Source: Octopus sinensis (taxonomy: Eukaryota). Taken from it: a DNA stretch of 64,000 nt. A program made the translations under genes and the position numbers. The stretch covers positions 17,298,001 through 17,362,000 of the forward strand of contig NC_042999.1 in assembly GCF_006345805.1 (NCBI RefSeq). Direction: 5' to 3'. Of the stretch, positions 12,661 to 26,129 are shown in pieces. The stretch's first letter is position 1; the number at the start of each line of letters is the position of its first letter. A model generated the notes under the pieces. It did no database searches. It saw only the letters and a list, made by a program, of their open reading frames with translations, and was not told where the DNA came from.

Positions 12661-13045
12661 ACTACTAAAATACGAAATTGTTAGAGTATAGTCTATTAAA
12701 AGACAAAATTGCAAGAGTAGAGACGATTAAAAGATGAAATTGCAAGAATGTGGACTATGAAGAGAGTGTCTGCCATTCCAGAAGTTGCAGGGGCACTCGG
12801 AGCACTAACACCCAAGTGCGAGAAATATGTCAGGAAATCGGAATTGAGATGACCTGTGGACAGCTAAGATTTTGAGATTGGTACTTATTTGTTGAATGTC
12901 TCCCACGATAATTAACAACCAGGTACCAAAGCTTATAATGTGCGGAAAGAGACTGTGTGAGACCTCCGACTGCAGGTTGCTGTCCGCTCTCACAGACTCT
13001 ACCAGAGCAAGCAAAATCGAGCGCTCTGAAAATTAAATCAACAAC
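12660..13045 (+). mobile_element. R4/Dong-like LINE 3' fragment (RLE C-terminus and 3' UTR)
   Basis: ARMWTMKRVSAIPEVAGALGALTPKCEKYV matches the C-terminal IEKMW....VPVIVGSLG segment of the element at 60 kb; (TAA)n-like tracts on both sides. Confidence 0.75.
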
Positions 13046-13661
13046 AATAATAATAATGGTATCCTACCAGTATTGTAATACCCAAGTCAACTACTACCAA
13101 TTCTTCTTATTCATTTATATTTTTGGTTGAGTTCCGTAAATTTCTCCAAGAGAAAAAAAGATCGCAAGAAGGTTTCCTCTTTCAAACATTACTAAATATT
13201 CATACCTAACACGTCCACGACTCGGTTTTTCTGCACTTATTAAAAAAACATTATTGTAATTCATGTCCTGACAGAAACACTTCCCCCAAAAGCTTCGGTC
13301 TTTTCTCCTCCGTACGCTTGACACCACCTACGCGCCCCCTATCCTCTACCAGCAGTTACCCCTTCATCAAAGAAACAGCAGATTTGAACGAATCAATCAT
13401 CTTCTAAGTCTATTAGAATAATGTGCCAGTAATCGTATACGTCTAGTCGGCCACTCTAACCCCCTGCTCTCTTGACACAGCGATGCAAAAACAATTCACA
13501 CCCTCTACCACCTCAGAGAATGACTACTCCTTATAGATAGAGCAGCAAACCTACCAGGCTGAACATTACTATTCTATGTTCTAAGGTCATAGAAAATACT
13601 CGAAACAATAACAACAACGGCTCCCTCAACATCGCAGTCACTACAACGTCAGAAACAACTA

Positions 13662-13900
13662 TGGCGGTGAGCTGGCAGAATCATTAACACGCCGGGCGAA
13701 ATGCTTAGCCGTATATCGTCTGCCGTTACATTCTGAGTTCAAATTCCGCTGAGGTCGACTTTGCCTTTCATCCTCTCGGGATCGATTAAGTAAGTACCAG
13801 TTACGCACTGGAGTCGATGTAATCGACTTCATCACTTTGTCTGTCCTTGTTTGCCCCACCTTTGTTTAGACCCTTGTGGGCAATAGATAAATAAGAAACA
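13662..13900 (+). mobile_element. SINE S1 monomer
   Basis: ggcggtgagctggcagaa head, gagttcaaattcc B box, gtcgactttgcctttcatcctctcgggatcgattaagtaagtaccag body. Confidence 0.9.
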
Positions 13901-14499
13901 AACATGATAGCAGCCAAAATGAGCATAGAAAGAAAGGTAACAATTACAAAGCCACTGTGAATACAGGAAATAGCAAAGGAAAAATATAACCACAACATTG
14001 AATATAATAAGAAAGCAATAAGGCCAAAAGAAACTGTATAGTTTACTACAGTGCTACCATCACAGGCTGTAACAATACAAGCAAATAATATTAATACTAA
14101 AAATAATATGCGCTGGGTATAGCATGAGACATCATCCGATTGTAGCATCTCAATGTAGGATGAATTAAGTTACCCCTAACCACAACGATTTTCAGATCAT
14201 CGTTGGGCAAGTGGTAGTCAAATACAGTGTAATTTACAAAAGAATGAATGAGTATGGAATTGAGATCAGTGTATACGAGGGTAGGCGTGGAATTTCTGAG
14301 CCTCAGTTAGCAACCAAACTATTGATGGTGTCACGATAAAAAACTGCCCATTGGCCAAATGCTACCTCGTATGAGTGATGTCAAAATTAAATAATAACCT
14401 CAACTGCGCTAACGAGACTGGAGATGTTACGGTGATGCTGTTACGCATGACATCTAAGGAGTAGTTAATCAAGCTCCGGCAAGTCGTCATCAAGCTCTT

Positions 14500-14775
14500 T
14501 ATCAGGACAAGAATTGAAGTAACATAGATATTGCAAGAATTTGAAATATGAAAATTGTAAAGGATGTGTCTATAATAATTGGTGCATTGGGAACTGGAAA
14601 CAAAGCTATAGACAAATTGTTGAAGGAAATTGGATTAGAATGTTGTGTAGAGCTTCTACAGAAAGTTTGCCTCTTAGCGACAGGAAAGATTATGAATAAG
14701 GTTTTAATCACAGATTGTGGATTACTAAGGTAACAGGTAGTAATCCGCTGTCCACATAATTTATACCAGGAATAA
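14500..14775 (+). mobile_element. R4/Dong-like LINE 3' fragment
   Basis: IDIARI*NMKIVKDVSIIIGALGTGNKAIDKLLKEIGLECCVELLQKVCLLATGKIMNKVL: typical RLE-LINE C-terminus. Confidence 0.8.
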
Positions 14776-15943
14776 GAACGAACTTAAGTCAAGTCAATGA
14801 TAATAACATAAAGGATGATGACGATTAGAAGATTAATAACCATGATGTTAATGGTGGTGATTACAAATCTTGCAACAAAGTAAGCAATTTTAAAAGAGAA
14901 GTTAATTTGATAACAACACAACTGTTCAACTGATAATGCATTGTTAACCCCGAAAATATGAATGGCAAGGGTGATCTCAGCTAGATTTGAACACGTACCG
15001 GGAAGAAACGACAGAATTGCTTGTAAATTTTTTTTCCAAGGTGATAAAAATTTGGCTAGCATACCAGCTTATTACCTTAAGAGTAATAATGATGAGGACA
15101 CTGATGATAATGATAAAACAAGATATTCTATAATCTGGCTCAGAATCATTAATTATATAAGCAAGTATATAAACATTTCTCTTCAGTTTTTGTCGTATTA
15201 GCTTAGGGGAGACTGAATGATCAAAGATGAGATAAGAAAATCAAACTTTGTACTCTAATATTTCAGGGAAATATATTATCTCCTTTACACTTTTGTATAA
15301 TTTTATTTGGTTCCATCTACAAATTTACAAACTGAGATAATTCAAAAGCTATGAATTCACTCTCTCTCCCTCCCTCTATCTCTCTCTGTCCCTCTCTCAC
15401 ACACACTCACACACACGCTCACACACAGTGCTTCAAAGTTGTGCATATTTATATACATGTATGTATGCATGTCTGTCTGTCTGACTGCCTGTCTATCTAT
15501 GTATCTGTACCCCACGCCACCACGCACATATGTATATATATATGTATATATAAAACTGTGTTTGCGTATCTATCTATCATATATATATACACACATACAT
15601 GTATGTGTGTGTGTGTGTGTCTGATTGTAAAGGTGGGTGGGTGTGCTTCGTCTACTGCTTCCAGGAGATTACCGTCCCTGGTAGCATGTGTGTATGAAAT
15701 TATGTGCTTTGACTGTGGTATTAAAGCGCTAATACTCTTATTTCTAAAATACCACCACGTGGACTCTATTGAGACTAGTAAGAAACAACTATGAACTTTT
15801 TTATTACTCTTAACTTTTAAAAATATTTTTGATAAGGTTCGTTTTTTCAAGAAGAACCGAAACATGTAAAATCTCTAAGAAAATATGACAATTATGGTTT
15901 TCCTTGTTGGTAAAACATTGTACACCGCTGACTATATCAACGA

Positions 15944-15992
<49 letters not shown>

Positions 15993-16519
15993 TTATGTAC
16001 ACGCACAAACACGTAATTAATAATTAAAATCTATGTCACTTTTGTGCCGATATAAAACTATTTACAAGGGATAATGGCCTGTCAGTACGCTACATGTAAA
16101 TTAATTCTTTTGGCTTTAAGAGAACTAATTTTGACAAGGAAGATCCAGAACTGAATCACAAACCATGTCACGTAACAGGATTCGAAGCACGACAAGATAA
16201 AACAAAATATCTGTTTGACACAACCAATACCCTATAGACATGCAGCCCACACGAAAATGAACAAAATCAACAAGCAAGAAATAACACATATTGCCTATAA
16301 CCAACAACGAAATATTAAATGAAACAGAAATATAAATATACACGATTCCAAGCAAATCAGATGCTGAATACAAATGCTATACAAGACCACCAAAATACAA
16401 AATTATCCTAACCTTTGGATCATACTTAGTGTTTCCGTTAAAAAGGTGCTTGAAACAGACAGAAAGCACAATAATAATGATAATATTCTTTTCCACTAAA
16501 GCCACAAAGCCTTAAATTT

Positions 16520-16850
16520 CGTGGAAGGGGACTGAAGGATTACATTGATCCCAGTGTTTCAGTGGTCCTTAATTTATCGACCTCGAAAAGATGAAAGGTT
16601 AAGTCCACCTCGGCGAAACTTGAACTCAAAACGTAAAGATGGTTGAAATGCCGCCAAGCATTTTGCCCGGCACGCAAACGATTCGGCGAGCTCGCCGCCT
16701 TGAATATAGGAATAATGATAATAATGGTTTCAAATTTTGCCACAAGGGCAACAATTATGTCGGAGGGGATGAATCGATTACATCGACTAATGTGTTTCAC
16801 TAGTACTTAATTTATCGACCCCGAAAGGATGAAAGGCAAAGTCGATTCTT
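16520..16850 (-). mobile_element. Two SINE S1 copies/fragments
   Basis: gattacattgatcccagtg...aatttatcgacc...gccgcc head at ~16700; second partial copy 16750-16850. Confidence 0.85.
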
Positions 16851-17563
16851 AATATTATAATTTTATAAATTATGTGTATTATCTTACTTTCGTTCAAATA
16901 GGGAACTTTAGTAAAAGGCAACGAAAAGCTTGATACGAAGTAAGATCGCTAATATGTGAAGATTCTCAATATGAATTGGTTAAGGAATAATTCTTAATCA
17001 TATTTGCTTCAATGATATATTTGATTCGTAAAGTTGTCCCATTTATTCCCTGGGATTTAGAATCGTTCATAAAATATTTCGACAATGCTAAATAATCAAT
17101 TTAATTGATCAAATTAACGTTGCCCTCTTCCTATAAAAATATCCTAGTTGAAGTGATATATCGTTTGTCATATAAAATATATACCTTGGTTTTAAGAATT
17201 CTCAAAAGAACAATAGTATTCGGATTTTCATAACCTTTATAGGATAAGATCGTTAATTTAAATTAAATAACGATCTTATGAAGTGGCCAACATGGAAATA
17301 AAAACCTTCAAAGGTATTAATTTTTATAAAAATTATAACTTAGAGCATCTATGAGATACCGCCATGCTGAAAATAACAGCCAGGATCTGACTGCAAACTC
17401 AGAAATCCGGGATCTGGAATTATTATCCAGGAATTTTTTACTAGTTTTATTTTGTCTTTTTGTCTTCTCTCCTTGTGTTATATGAACACTTAAGGTGGTT
17501 ATAGAGTCAGATCTTGGCTGGTATTTTCAGCACGGCGGTATCCCGTAGATAACCTAAGTTATA

Positions 17564-17604
<41 letters not shown>

Positions 17605-18390
17605 GCCTACATACATACATGTGATGCCGTGGAAGCGTGCCAGTGGAAAGGTAACGGTTACTGCGCCGAAAAGTTTGACTCCAAATAAAGGATGTCTAAA
17701 AGAAGTTAGATTTTGTGTACATTACAATGGCGTGATATGTGAGAGTGGCCTACATCTCTCCTTCATTAAAACTCCTACCACCTCTGCGACGCCTGCTCTT
17801 TTCTTCAACGCTTTTATTGCAGTATTGCTTCTGCTCTTACTGATACTCTGCTAATGAAACTGATACAGTCTCTAATACTAAAGACAGTGTCATTGCTATG
17901 GTATGAACTTATCGCCAATCTTTGATATCAACATTCCTAGAAAGGAGCAAAGGACATTTATCTAATTACTACTGTGACCTAGCAGCCATATAATTGCTTC
18001 AGCTTTCTAATGTAATTATTACTTGTTTTCGGTTTTAAAGAGATAAAGCTACAAACTGTGTGATTATCGAGTAGGTGCTGGTACTGTGCATAATCACTTA
18101 GGCTAAAAGTTCTTGAAGTTTAGAATTTACTATCTTTTTGGAGAGGGGAAACAACATCGTTCAGCTTATAGGTACTTTGAACGAAAACTAGATATCAATC
18201 CACAAACATTAAATTTTAATTTCACAGAAACGTATTAATATTTAGACTTGGAGAAGAATCTGATTTCTGTGCGTAAAATATTGTCATTATTAATGTTATA
18301 TAATTCAGGACTGTTTCCGGATTCCATTTTTCTTACTAAATCCTATTTTGTAAGCAATAGCATCATTTGAGTTCCAAAGGGTAATACCTA

Positions 18391-18620
18391 TTTCTTTACT
18401 ACCCACAAGGGGCTAAACACGGAAGGCACAAACAAGGACAGACAAACGGATTAAGTCGGCTATATTGATCCCAGTGCGTAGCTGGTACTTAATTTATCGA
18501 CCCCGACAGGATAAAAGGCAAATTTGACCTCGGCGGAGTTTGAACTCAGAACGTAACGGCAGACGAAATATGGCTACGCATTTCGCCCGGCGTGCTAATG
18601 TTTCTGCCAGCTCGCCGCTC
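18391..18620 (-). mobile_element. Full SINE S1 monomer with 18-bp target-site duplication
   Basis: tccaaagggtaataccta at 18373-18390 and 18621-18638 brackets the element. Confidence 0.92.
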
Positions 18621-19399
18621 TCCAAAGGGTAATACCTAACTGAAAGGCAACTGAATAGAATCAGCCGTTAAATTTGGCAAAACAAATTATTTATGTTCGA
18701 AAGCACAGCGTTATTTTGAGAGATCTATGATGAGTATATACACGACATCCATGTTTGTGTCAACTCATAGAGCCGCAATCTTTCGTTTCTTATATGATAA
18801 TTCGGGAATTAACACTAAGTAGCATTCCCTCAATGAAATCTCTTTGAATGTTAACAGCTTTCCTTTTACGTAATTCAGTTTAATCATAGAAATCGACCAT
18901 CAAAGAGGCAATTAAGCTTTGGTGTGGTAGGAAAGCATGAGCTGATTCTTAGAAGTGAATATTTCATATTTTATTTATCCTTCGTATACAACTCGATCTT
19001 CAAGTAGGCTTTGATTAGCGCTCAAATAGAAAACATTACACACTTAAGACAACTTCATTACCATTTCCAAGAAACTTAAATGCATACATTTAAAACATTA
19101 AGATAGCTACAGTCAACAAGGTAAAGTATTCGAATGCAAGCTTCCACGCAAGCCTCTGCAATGTAAACTAATGAAGGTGCAGTTTTCTGCAAATGCTAAT
19201 ATTAATCACAAATATAAAATGCCGCACTCGCGCATACGTGTGTGTAATTGTATGTATCAGATATATAAAATGTTTATATGTACTAGGGTACTACATAAGC
19301 ACCTGCTTCGCTAAGAATGCAAATCAAGATACTTCTAAGCCACAAAGAGAACAGAAGGGGGATCTACGCACGACAGCTTCATTTAATTCGTCCTTAGTC

Positions 19400-19800
19400 G
19401 AAAGACATCTGTTGTTAATGTCCTGTTGTTTGTATTTGCATTTGTATTTGTGTACCATTTCTCCGTTTTTTTCCGTCCTTGTTTTCGTATACATTCACTG
19501 CTGTCTTCCATGGAATTTAGTGCTCTTAGCTTAGATTTTCCTTGGAGCTGGCCAGATTGGGGCGGTCACGAGTATAACCAGCCCAAACTGCAAATCCAAT
19601 CTGGAACTCGACTGACGAAAGAAAACTCCGAATGATTCATCCTTGTTTTTTCTTGTCCCTATTTTGTATCTTCTAATTATTTGGATGTTTTGTTGTCCCC
19701 TCTTTAGTGTCCACTAACTGCCTGGATGTTCAATTTTTTGTATTCATTTTTTTGTATTCTTTTATATATATATAGTGTTAGGTGTGATGTACAAATATTG
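19400..19800 (+). mobile_element. Repeat related to the 44.3-45.3 kb tandem unit (possible Penelope-type pLTR remnant)
   Basis: ttccttggagctggcc and gactgacgaa...cgaatgatt parallel ttcttggggctggcc and gactgaagat...cgaatgatt at 44467-44565. Confidence 0.4.
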
Positions 19801-19929
19801 AATATTCAGAAACAAGGTCGCCAGAATATCAGAAAATGTATTTTACTTTATGCATTAATGTTATCGTTTTGCTCGTTAGTCGAACATGTCAAATACAATT
19901 TTGTGAATGTACAAACAGCTTTTATACTT

Positions 19930-20135
19930 TTATCCTTTTATTTCTTTCAGTCATTTTGACTGTGACCATGCTGGAGCACCGCCTTTAGTCGACCACATCG
20001 ACTCCAGGACTTATTCTCTGTAAACCCAGTACTTATTCTATCGGTCTCTTTTGCCGAACTGATAAGTTACGGGAACATAAACACTCTTGCATCAGGTGTC
20101 AAGTGATTCTGGAGGGCCAAACACAGACACACAAA
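19930..20135 (-). mobile_element. SINE S2 3' half
   Basis: cagtcattttgactgtgaccatgctggagcaccgcctttagtcga...acacagacacac, collinear with 55655-55860. Confidence 0.85.
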
Positions 20136-20146
20136 CATATATACGC

Positions 20147-20250
<104 letters not shown>

Positions 20251-21244
20251 AATGCAATACAAAGGCCTCTGTATAACAATGGTTAAATAAAGACAACATG
20301 TTTATTGAAAAGTATTAGCTACACAACAGTATGAATAAATAATCAATTTTATATTACATAATTATTTTAGTTCTTAAACATCTAACTTGTTAATCTACAT
20401 ATAATAATTTTATATCACTGCTTCTAATAATAACAATCACTGATTACCTCTTCTAAAATTTATTTACCTTGTGATGCATTTATAAAATATCTCTTTCCTG
20501 CTAACATGGAAAAAGTAGCATTATGATAGCATGCAAAATTATTTCTATGATGTGCATGAATGAAACCGGTTGACTATGTAAAACTTAGTTTCATAAATGC
20601 ATAAATTCTTAGTATATTTTATATATATATATGTACAAAGGAATGTGTATTGTCTATGCATTTACATATGTTTGCATGTATGTATATGCAAAATGTATAT
20701 TATTTCATTATATGTCGCCACTTTTACTTTTAGAAACACTATGAGAAAAGAAAATAGTTCTAACGTGGAAATTTGAATTAGATCAAACCATAAGTAATAC
20801 AAAGTCCAGTTTCAGTTGAAATAAGCCTCCTTCAAAAATCCAGAGCAGTCATGAATTTGATTTCTATCCAATACATTTTTTTTACTAAATATTCTACATG
20901 CTACAATGTATGTTGTAGTCATCATCATGCGTGTCTGTGCTCGGAGCACCATGTCAGAACGAAATACCGCTAACGATCCTGGCGGGGTGCCAACTATTCT
21001 GGAAGAAAACTTTGCATTTCATTTGTACGGAGTCTATAAAATAACCAACAGTCTAGTACTGGGATCAATGTAATCGATTTTCAGTTCCCTCAGAAACTAC
21101 TGGTACTATGCAAGATTTATTCCACCGCCGGTGCAGGACACTTATGATTTTCTTTGAAATTAGAAATTTACTTCTATACAAGATGACTGCTTGGGTCTAA
21201 CTCAGCAATTTTGCAGCATTCTTCGATTATGGTAATGTTAAATA

Positions 21245-21296
<52 letters not shown>

Positions 21297-21483
21297 TAAG
21301 CAATTAAGGGTTTAGCAACGAATTGCCTTACCACACACCGAATTTAGAAACAGCAGTCAAAGAGATTATAGCTATTTCTTCTACTAAAAGGGAGATCACA
21401 GTAAAGGCACAGCATTTGAAAGGCAAACACAAACAGGTGAGAGAGAAAGAATAAACGCCAATCTATCATACAGTTTTAAGTCA

Positions 21484-21575
21484 CCTACGGACGTACGTTT
21501 CGAGATCAAGTCTTAGGAAAGCATAAGAATTAGATAACTCTACCTTACCCAGACTTCTTCTTTCATCAGCGCAGG
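21484..21575 (-). ncRNA. Type I hammerhead ribozyme, copy 1
   Basis: CCUGCG-CUGAUGA-long stem II (AAGUCU/AGACUU)-GAAAC-GUAC-GUC/CGUAGG; 6-bp stem I, palindromic stem III loop, GUC triplet. Confidence 0.8.
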
Positions 21576-22065
21576 ATACAGACAATCATGAATGATTGAA
21601 TATTGAATTTTGAGATACTAGAAGGCACCAACTCAACTCAGTATCAGAGCGAGCTAGAAGCCACAGCTAGTATCACCGAATTCAAAGTATGAATGAAAGC
21701 CCGCGTCACCAGTCCCTTCCCCCCGCGTGTAGCCAAGACAAAATGCTGTGGTCATTCACTGGGATGAATATGGTTATGAGTAACAATGAGGGTGAAATTA
21801 ATAATTTGGAATAATTATCAATTACACAAGTAGTCTTCGGCATGTAAAAGCCTCATTCGAGGAAAATTTAAGTAATACTAAGCAATTAAGGGTTTAGCAA
21901 CGAATTGCCTTACCACACACCGAATTTAGAAATAGCAGTCAAAGAGATTATAGCTATTTCTTCTACTAAAAGGGAGATCACAGTAAAGGCACAGCATTTG
22001 AAAGGCAAACACAAACAGGTGAGAGAGAAAGAATTAACGGCAATCTATCATACAGTTTTAAGTCA

Positions 22066-22159
22066 CCTACGGACGTACGTTTCGAGATCAAGTCTTAGGA
22101 AAGCATACGAATTAGATAACTCTACCTTACCCAGACTTCTTCTTTCTCATCAGCGCAGA
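22066..22159 (-). ncRNA. Type I hammerhead ribozyme, copy 2
   Basis: UCUGCG-CUGAUGA-GAAAGAAGAAGUCU...AGACUUGAUCUC-GAAAC-GUAC-GUC/CGUAGG; this copy can form the canonical G10.1-C11.1 pair. Confidence 0.82.
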
Positions 22160-22540
22160 TACAGACAATCATGAATGATTGAATATTGAATTTTGAGATA
22201 CTAGAAGGCACCAACTCAACTCAGTATCAGAGCGAGCTAGAAGCCACAGCTAGTATCACCGAATTCAAAGTATGAATGAAAGCCCGCGTCACCAGTCCCT
22301 TCCCACCCGCGTGTAGCCAAGACAAAATGCTGTGGTCATTCACTGGGATGAATATGGCTATGAGTAACAAAGAAGGGTGAAATTAATTAATTTGGAATAT
22401 TATCAATTACACCAAGTAGTCTTCGGCATGTAAAATTCGGTGATACTAGCTGTGGCTTCTAGCTCGCTCTGATACTGAGTTGAGTTGGTGCCTTCTAGTA
22501 TCTCAAAATTCAATATTCAATCATTCATGATTGTCTGTAT

Positions 22541-22632
22541 CCTGCGCTGATGAAAGAAGAAGTCTGGGTAAGGTAGAGTTATCTAATTCTTATGCTTTCC
22601 TAAGACTTGATCTCGAAACGTACGTCCGTAGG
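22541..22632 (+). ncRNA. Type I hammerhead ribozyme, inverted copy 3
   Basis: cctgcg 22541-46, CTGATGA 22547-53, GAAA 22615-18, C-gtac-G, GTC ending 22626 (predicted cleavage), cgtagg 22627-32. Confidence 0.8.
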
Positions 22633-23057
22633 TGACTTAAAACTGTATGATAGATTGCCGTTAATTCTTTCTCTCTCACCTGTTTGTGTTTGCCTTTCAA
22701 ATGCTGTGCCTTTACTGTGATCTCCCTTTTAGTAGAAGAAATAGCTATAACCTCTTTGACTGCTATTTCTAAATTCGGTGTGTGGTAAGGCAATTCGTTG
22801 CTAAACCCTTAATTGCTTAGTATTACTTAAATTTTCCTCGAATGAGGCTTTTACATGCCGAAGACCACTTGGTGTAATTGATAATTATTCCAAATTAATT
22901 AATTTCACCCTTCATTGTTACTCATATATATATATTATATATAATTAATTAATTATTAATTAATATCAGAGTAATAAAGAATTTTTAGAATGTTCTACTT
23001 CCAGTGACCTAGCGTATAAAACATTAGTCAATACACTTTATATTATTCATATAAATA

Positions 23058-23244
23058 CAGTGTACATTTAAACACATAGGAGGTATACGTCATAGGATTC
23101 TTATAAACATTTACCATATAGATGGTAAATGTTTTTATTTTTCATTCCCTTCGGAGTTTTACCGTAATAGTGTTTTTGATTTTAGCTGTTCCTTCTCGCA
23201 TGCAAGACTTTTTGACGGATACCTCTTAGGTGTTTAAATGTACA

Positions 23245-23247
<3 letters not shown>
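23058..23247. mobile_element. MITE-like element, Tc1/mariner-type ends
   Basis: 29-bp TIR CAGTGTACATTTAAACACnTAnGAGGTAT (2 mismatches) with TA on both sides. Confidence 0.75.
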
Positions 23248-23287
<40 letters not shown>

Positions 23288-23309
23288 ATTATATATATGT
23301 ATATATATG

Positions 23310-23363
<54 letters not shown>

Positions 23364-23928
23364 TTATAAATATATACTTATACACATACATATATATATG
23401 TATGTATGTATAAGTGTATGCATATATTATGTATATAGTTGTGAATTTCATGATGGATATTTGCATAAACGTCGGTTGCTATATGTGCTGGAGCTGCGTT
23501 TCTTTTATTCTTATTTATTTAAAGTATATTTTAACTGATAAAATAAGTATGTCTCCTATAATATTGGCATTTCAATGTTAGCTATTTGTAAGTGGAATGA
23601 AAATATTGTGTTAAATGTGGACATCTAAAGTAACATTAAGAAATGCAATTCTAAAACCGAGATCTTGTCCATGACGATTTGTTTTTTCGCAGTCACTTCA
23701 GTAGTGATATTTCAGGAAGACACGATTTCGTGCAATCAACAAGTAAAGTTCACGTCGAGCAGTTTGCATTCGCCTATTGAAAGAGCTTCTATTTACCATT
23801 GAAAAGTTTGTTGCCAGCATGTCTAAAGTAACACAAAGTATAACATATACATGTGTAGCTACACATAACCATCCCTACATCCATCCATATATATATGATA
23901 TTTGTTGTAAGTACATAAGCATATATAC

Positions 23929-23964
<36 letters not shown>

Positions 23965-24535
23965 GGAGAGAGAGATCCTTGGAAAGGTAGGTAGATATGA
24001 TAGAGAAAGACATAAATAGATTGATACAAATGCATGTAGGTATTCATATAAATGTGGATATAAATGTATGAGTATTCGTCTGTGTGTGTGTATTACGTAT
24101 GTATACCGTAATAAGGTGGAAGGGAGAGATATACAAAGAATTATTGATAGATAAGCATGTAGGTAGCCGTATATTGATACGTGTGTACATCATTTCTTTA
24201 ATAGGTACCGCATTGTGAAAGAAACAATAAACTAGGATAAGAAATTACAATACAGAGAAACCAGTGTAATGGCGGATTATTGTTCCTTATTTGAAATAGT
24301 TAGAGATTTATATATATAGAGGGATAATACAGAAATACTTATCCACACACATTCAGATATATATTTGAAAGGTTGAAATAAATCTTGATAGCATTAATAT
24401 CATACGGCATTCATTGTATCTAGGAATAAATAGCAATATATTCTACTATGTAGCTTTAAAACATTACTGAAATAAAAGTTTGGCAATATATAGGAGACAT
24501 ACTGTGATATGTATGATATGCATGCTGAATGTTTT

Positions 24536-24930
24536 GCACACACACACACACACGCATACACACACGCGCGCGCGCATACACACTCACACTTTTGTAAAAA
24601 TATTACCATATGACACTCATACAAGTACATGGGTTATGTACAATTATACTCGCACAAACAGACTAACAAAAGGATAGATACACACACACACAAATTCATT
24701 CATTTATTCATTCTGTTATACATACCTAACTGCACACACACGCACACACACACGCGCGCGCGCATACACACTCACACTTTTGTAAAAATATTACCATATG
24801 ACACTCATACAAGTACATGGGTTATGTACAATTATACTCGCACAAACAGACTAACAAAAGGATAGATACACACACACACAAATTCATTCATTTATTCATT
24901 CTGTTATACATACCTAACTGCACACACACG
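24536..24930. repeat. Local direct tandem duplication, 188-bp unit bounded by (CA)n
   Basis: Identical ORF starts at 24629 and 24817 (period 188). Confidence 0.92.
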
Positions 24931-24979
24931 CACACACACATACATATATATACCTATATATGCAATTATATGTATAATC

Positions 24980-25027
<48 letters not shown>

Positions 25028-25083
25028 GTATATAGAAGTATCTAAAAATATATATATATATACAATCACTCTCACGCACACAT

Positions 25084-25179
<96 letters not shown>

Positions 25180-25804
25180 ACAAACTCGTAAGAATTTGTG
25201 TATGGAAATGTTCATTTGAAAAGAAGTGTAGAGATAAAATATAATATATGCGCATGTGTGTGTGTGTGTGTGGTGGGTGTAGTCTTACCTATGCGTATGA
25301 ATATATAAAATTTTACTACTGAGGAAAAACGAATGAAGGAGAGCACGAGAGAGAAAAAGAGATGGAGATTTAGTGAAATCTCCCAAAACATTCATTTTTT
25401 TGTCATACAACACACAAATATCTATGAATAGTCTCAATAAAGAAAAAGGGGAAATTGATACATAAACCGAACTTGAAAAAAATATGAATGTACTTTAATG
25501 TGTGAGTAAAAGAATGATATATTGAATACCTATCTATCTATTTATCTATCTATCCATCCATTTATACAATTGTCTCTCTCAAGCTCTCTCTCTCTATGTC
25601 TCCGTCAATTTATCACTCTCGTATTCCTTTTTAGTGTTCATTTGCCACTCTATTCCTATATTTTGCATATTCTGGGAGGTATATCTTCCCAGTGTTCAAG
25701 ACAAAGAGCAACAAATTTGCATCGCATTCTTTATATATTTGACTGAAATTCCATAGATTTGCGAACGTATCAATTAGTCAATGTATATCTATGTACGTGT
25801 ATGT

Positions 25805-25864
<60 letters not shown>

Positions 25865-25893
25865 GTCAGTGATCATGTTTGTGTGAGAGAGTA

Positions 25894-25935
<42 letters not shown>

Positions 25936-25961
25936 AGTGATCATGTTTGTGTGAGAGAGTA

Positions 25962-26003
<42 letters not shown>

Positions 26004-26006
<3 letters not shown>

Positions 26007-26129
26007 TGTACATTTAAGCACATAATAGGTGACCATCATAGGACACCTAGCATGCTAGAAGGGGTAGCCAAAATCTAGCATGTTAGGTGTCCTATGATGG
26101 TAATCTATTATGTGTTTAAATGTAGATTG
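26004..26129. mobile_element. Small foldback/MITE related to 23058-23247
   Basis: ~55-bp arms cagtgtacatttaagcacataatagg...ctagcatgctaga / tctagcatgttag...ctattatgtgtttaaatgtag, 14-nt loop. Confidence 0.75.

Larger units (their letters stand above)
21294..22926. mobile_element. Hammerhead-bearing 582-bp unit: direct copies 21294-21875 and 21876-22435 plus inverted partial copy 22434-22926 (Penelope-like pLTR / retrozyme architecture)
   Basis: tactaagcaattaaggg at 21294 and 21876 (period 582); 22434-22926 is the reverse complement of ~21775-22265; flanked by (TA)-rich tracts; no RT ORF. Confidence 0.88.

Noticed and set aside
13801-14148. Hydrophobic minus-strand ORF resembling a MARVEL-domain protein
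   Set aside because: Hydrophobicity follows from the A-rich opposite strand; the ORF runs into a SINE and has no splice or context support.
21905-22174. 89-aa ORF repeated in the 582-bp unit
   Set aside because: Antisense to the ribozyme strand, non-ATG start, broken in copy 1, no recognisable domain.
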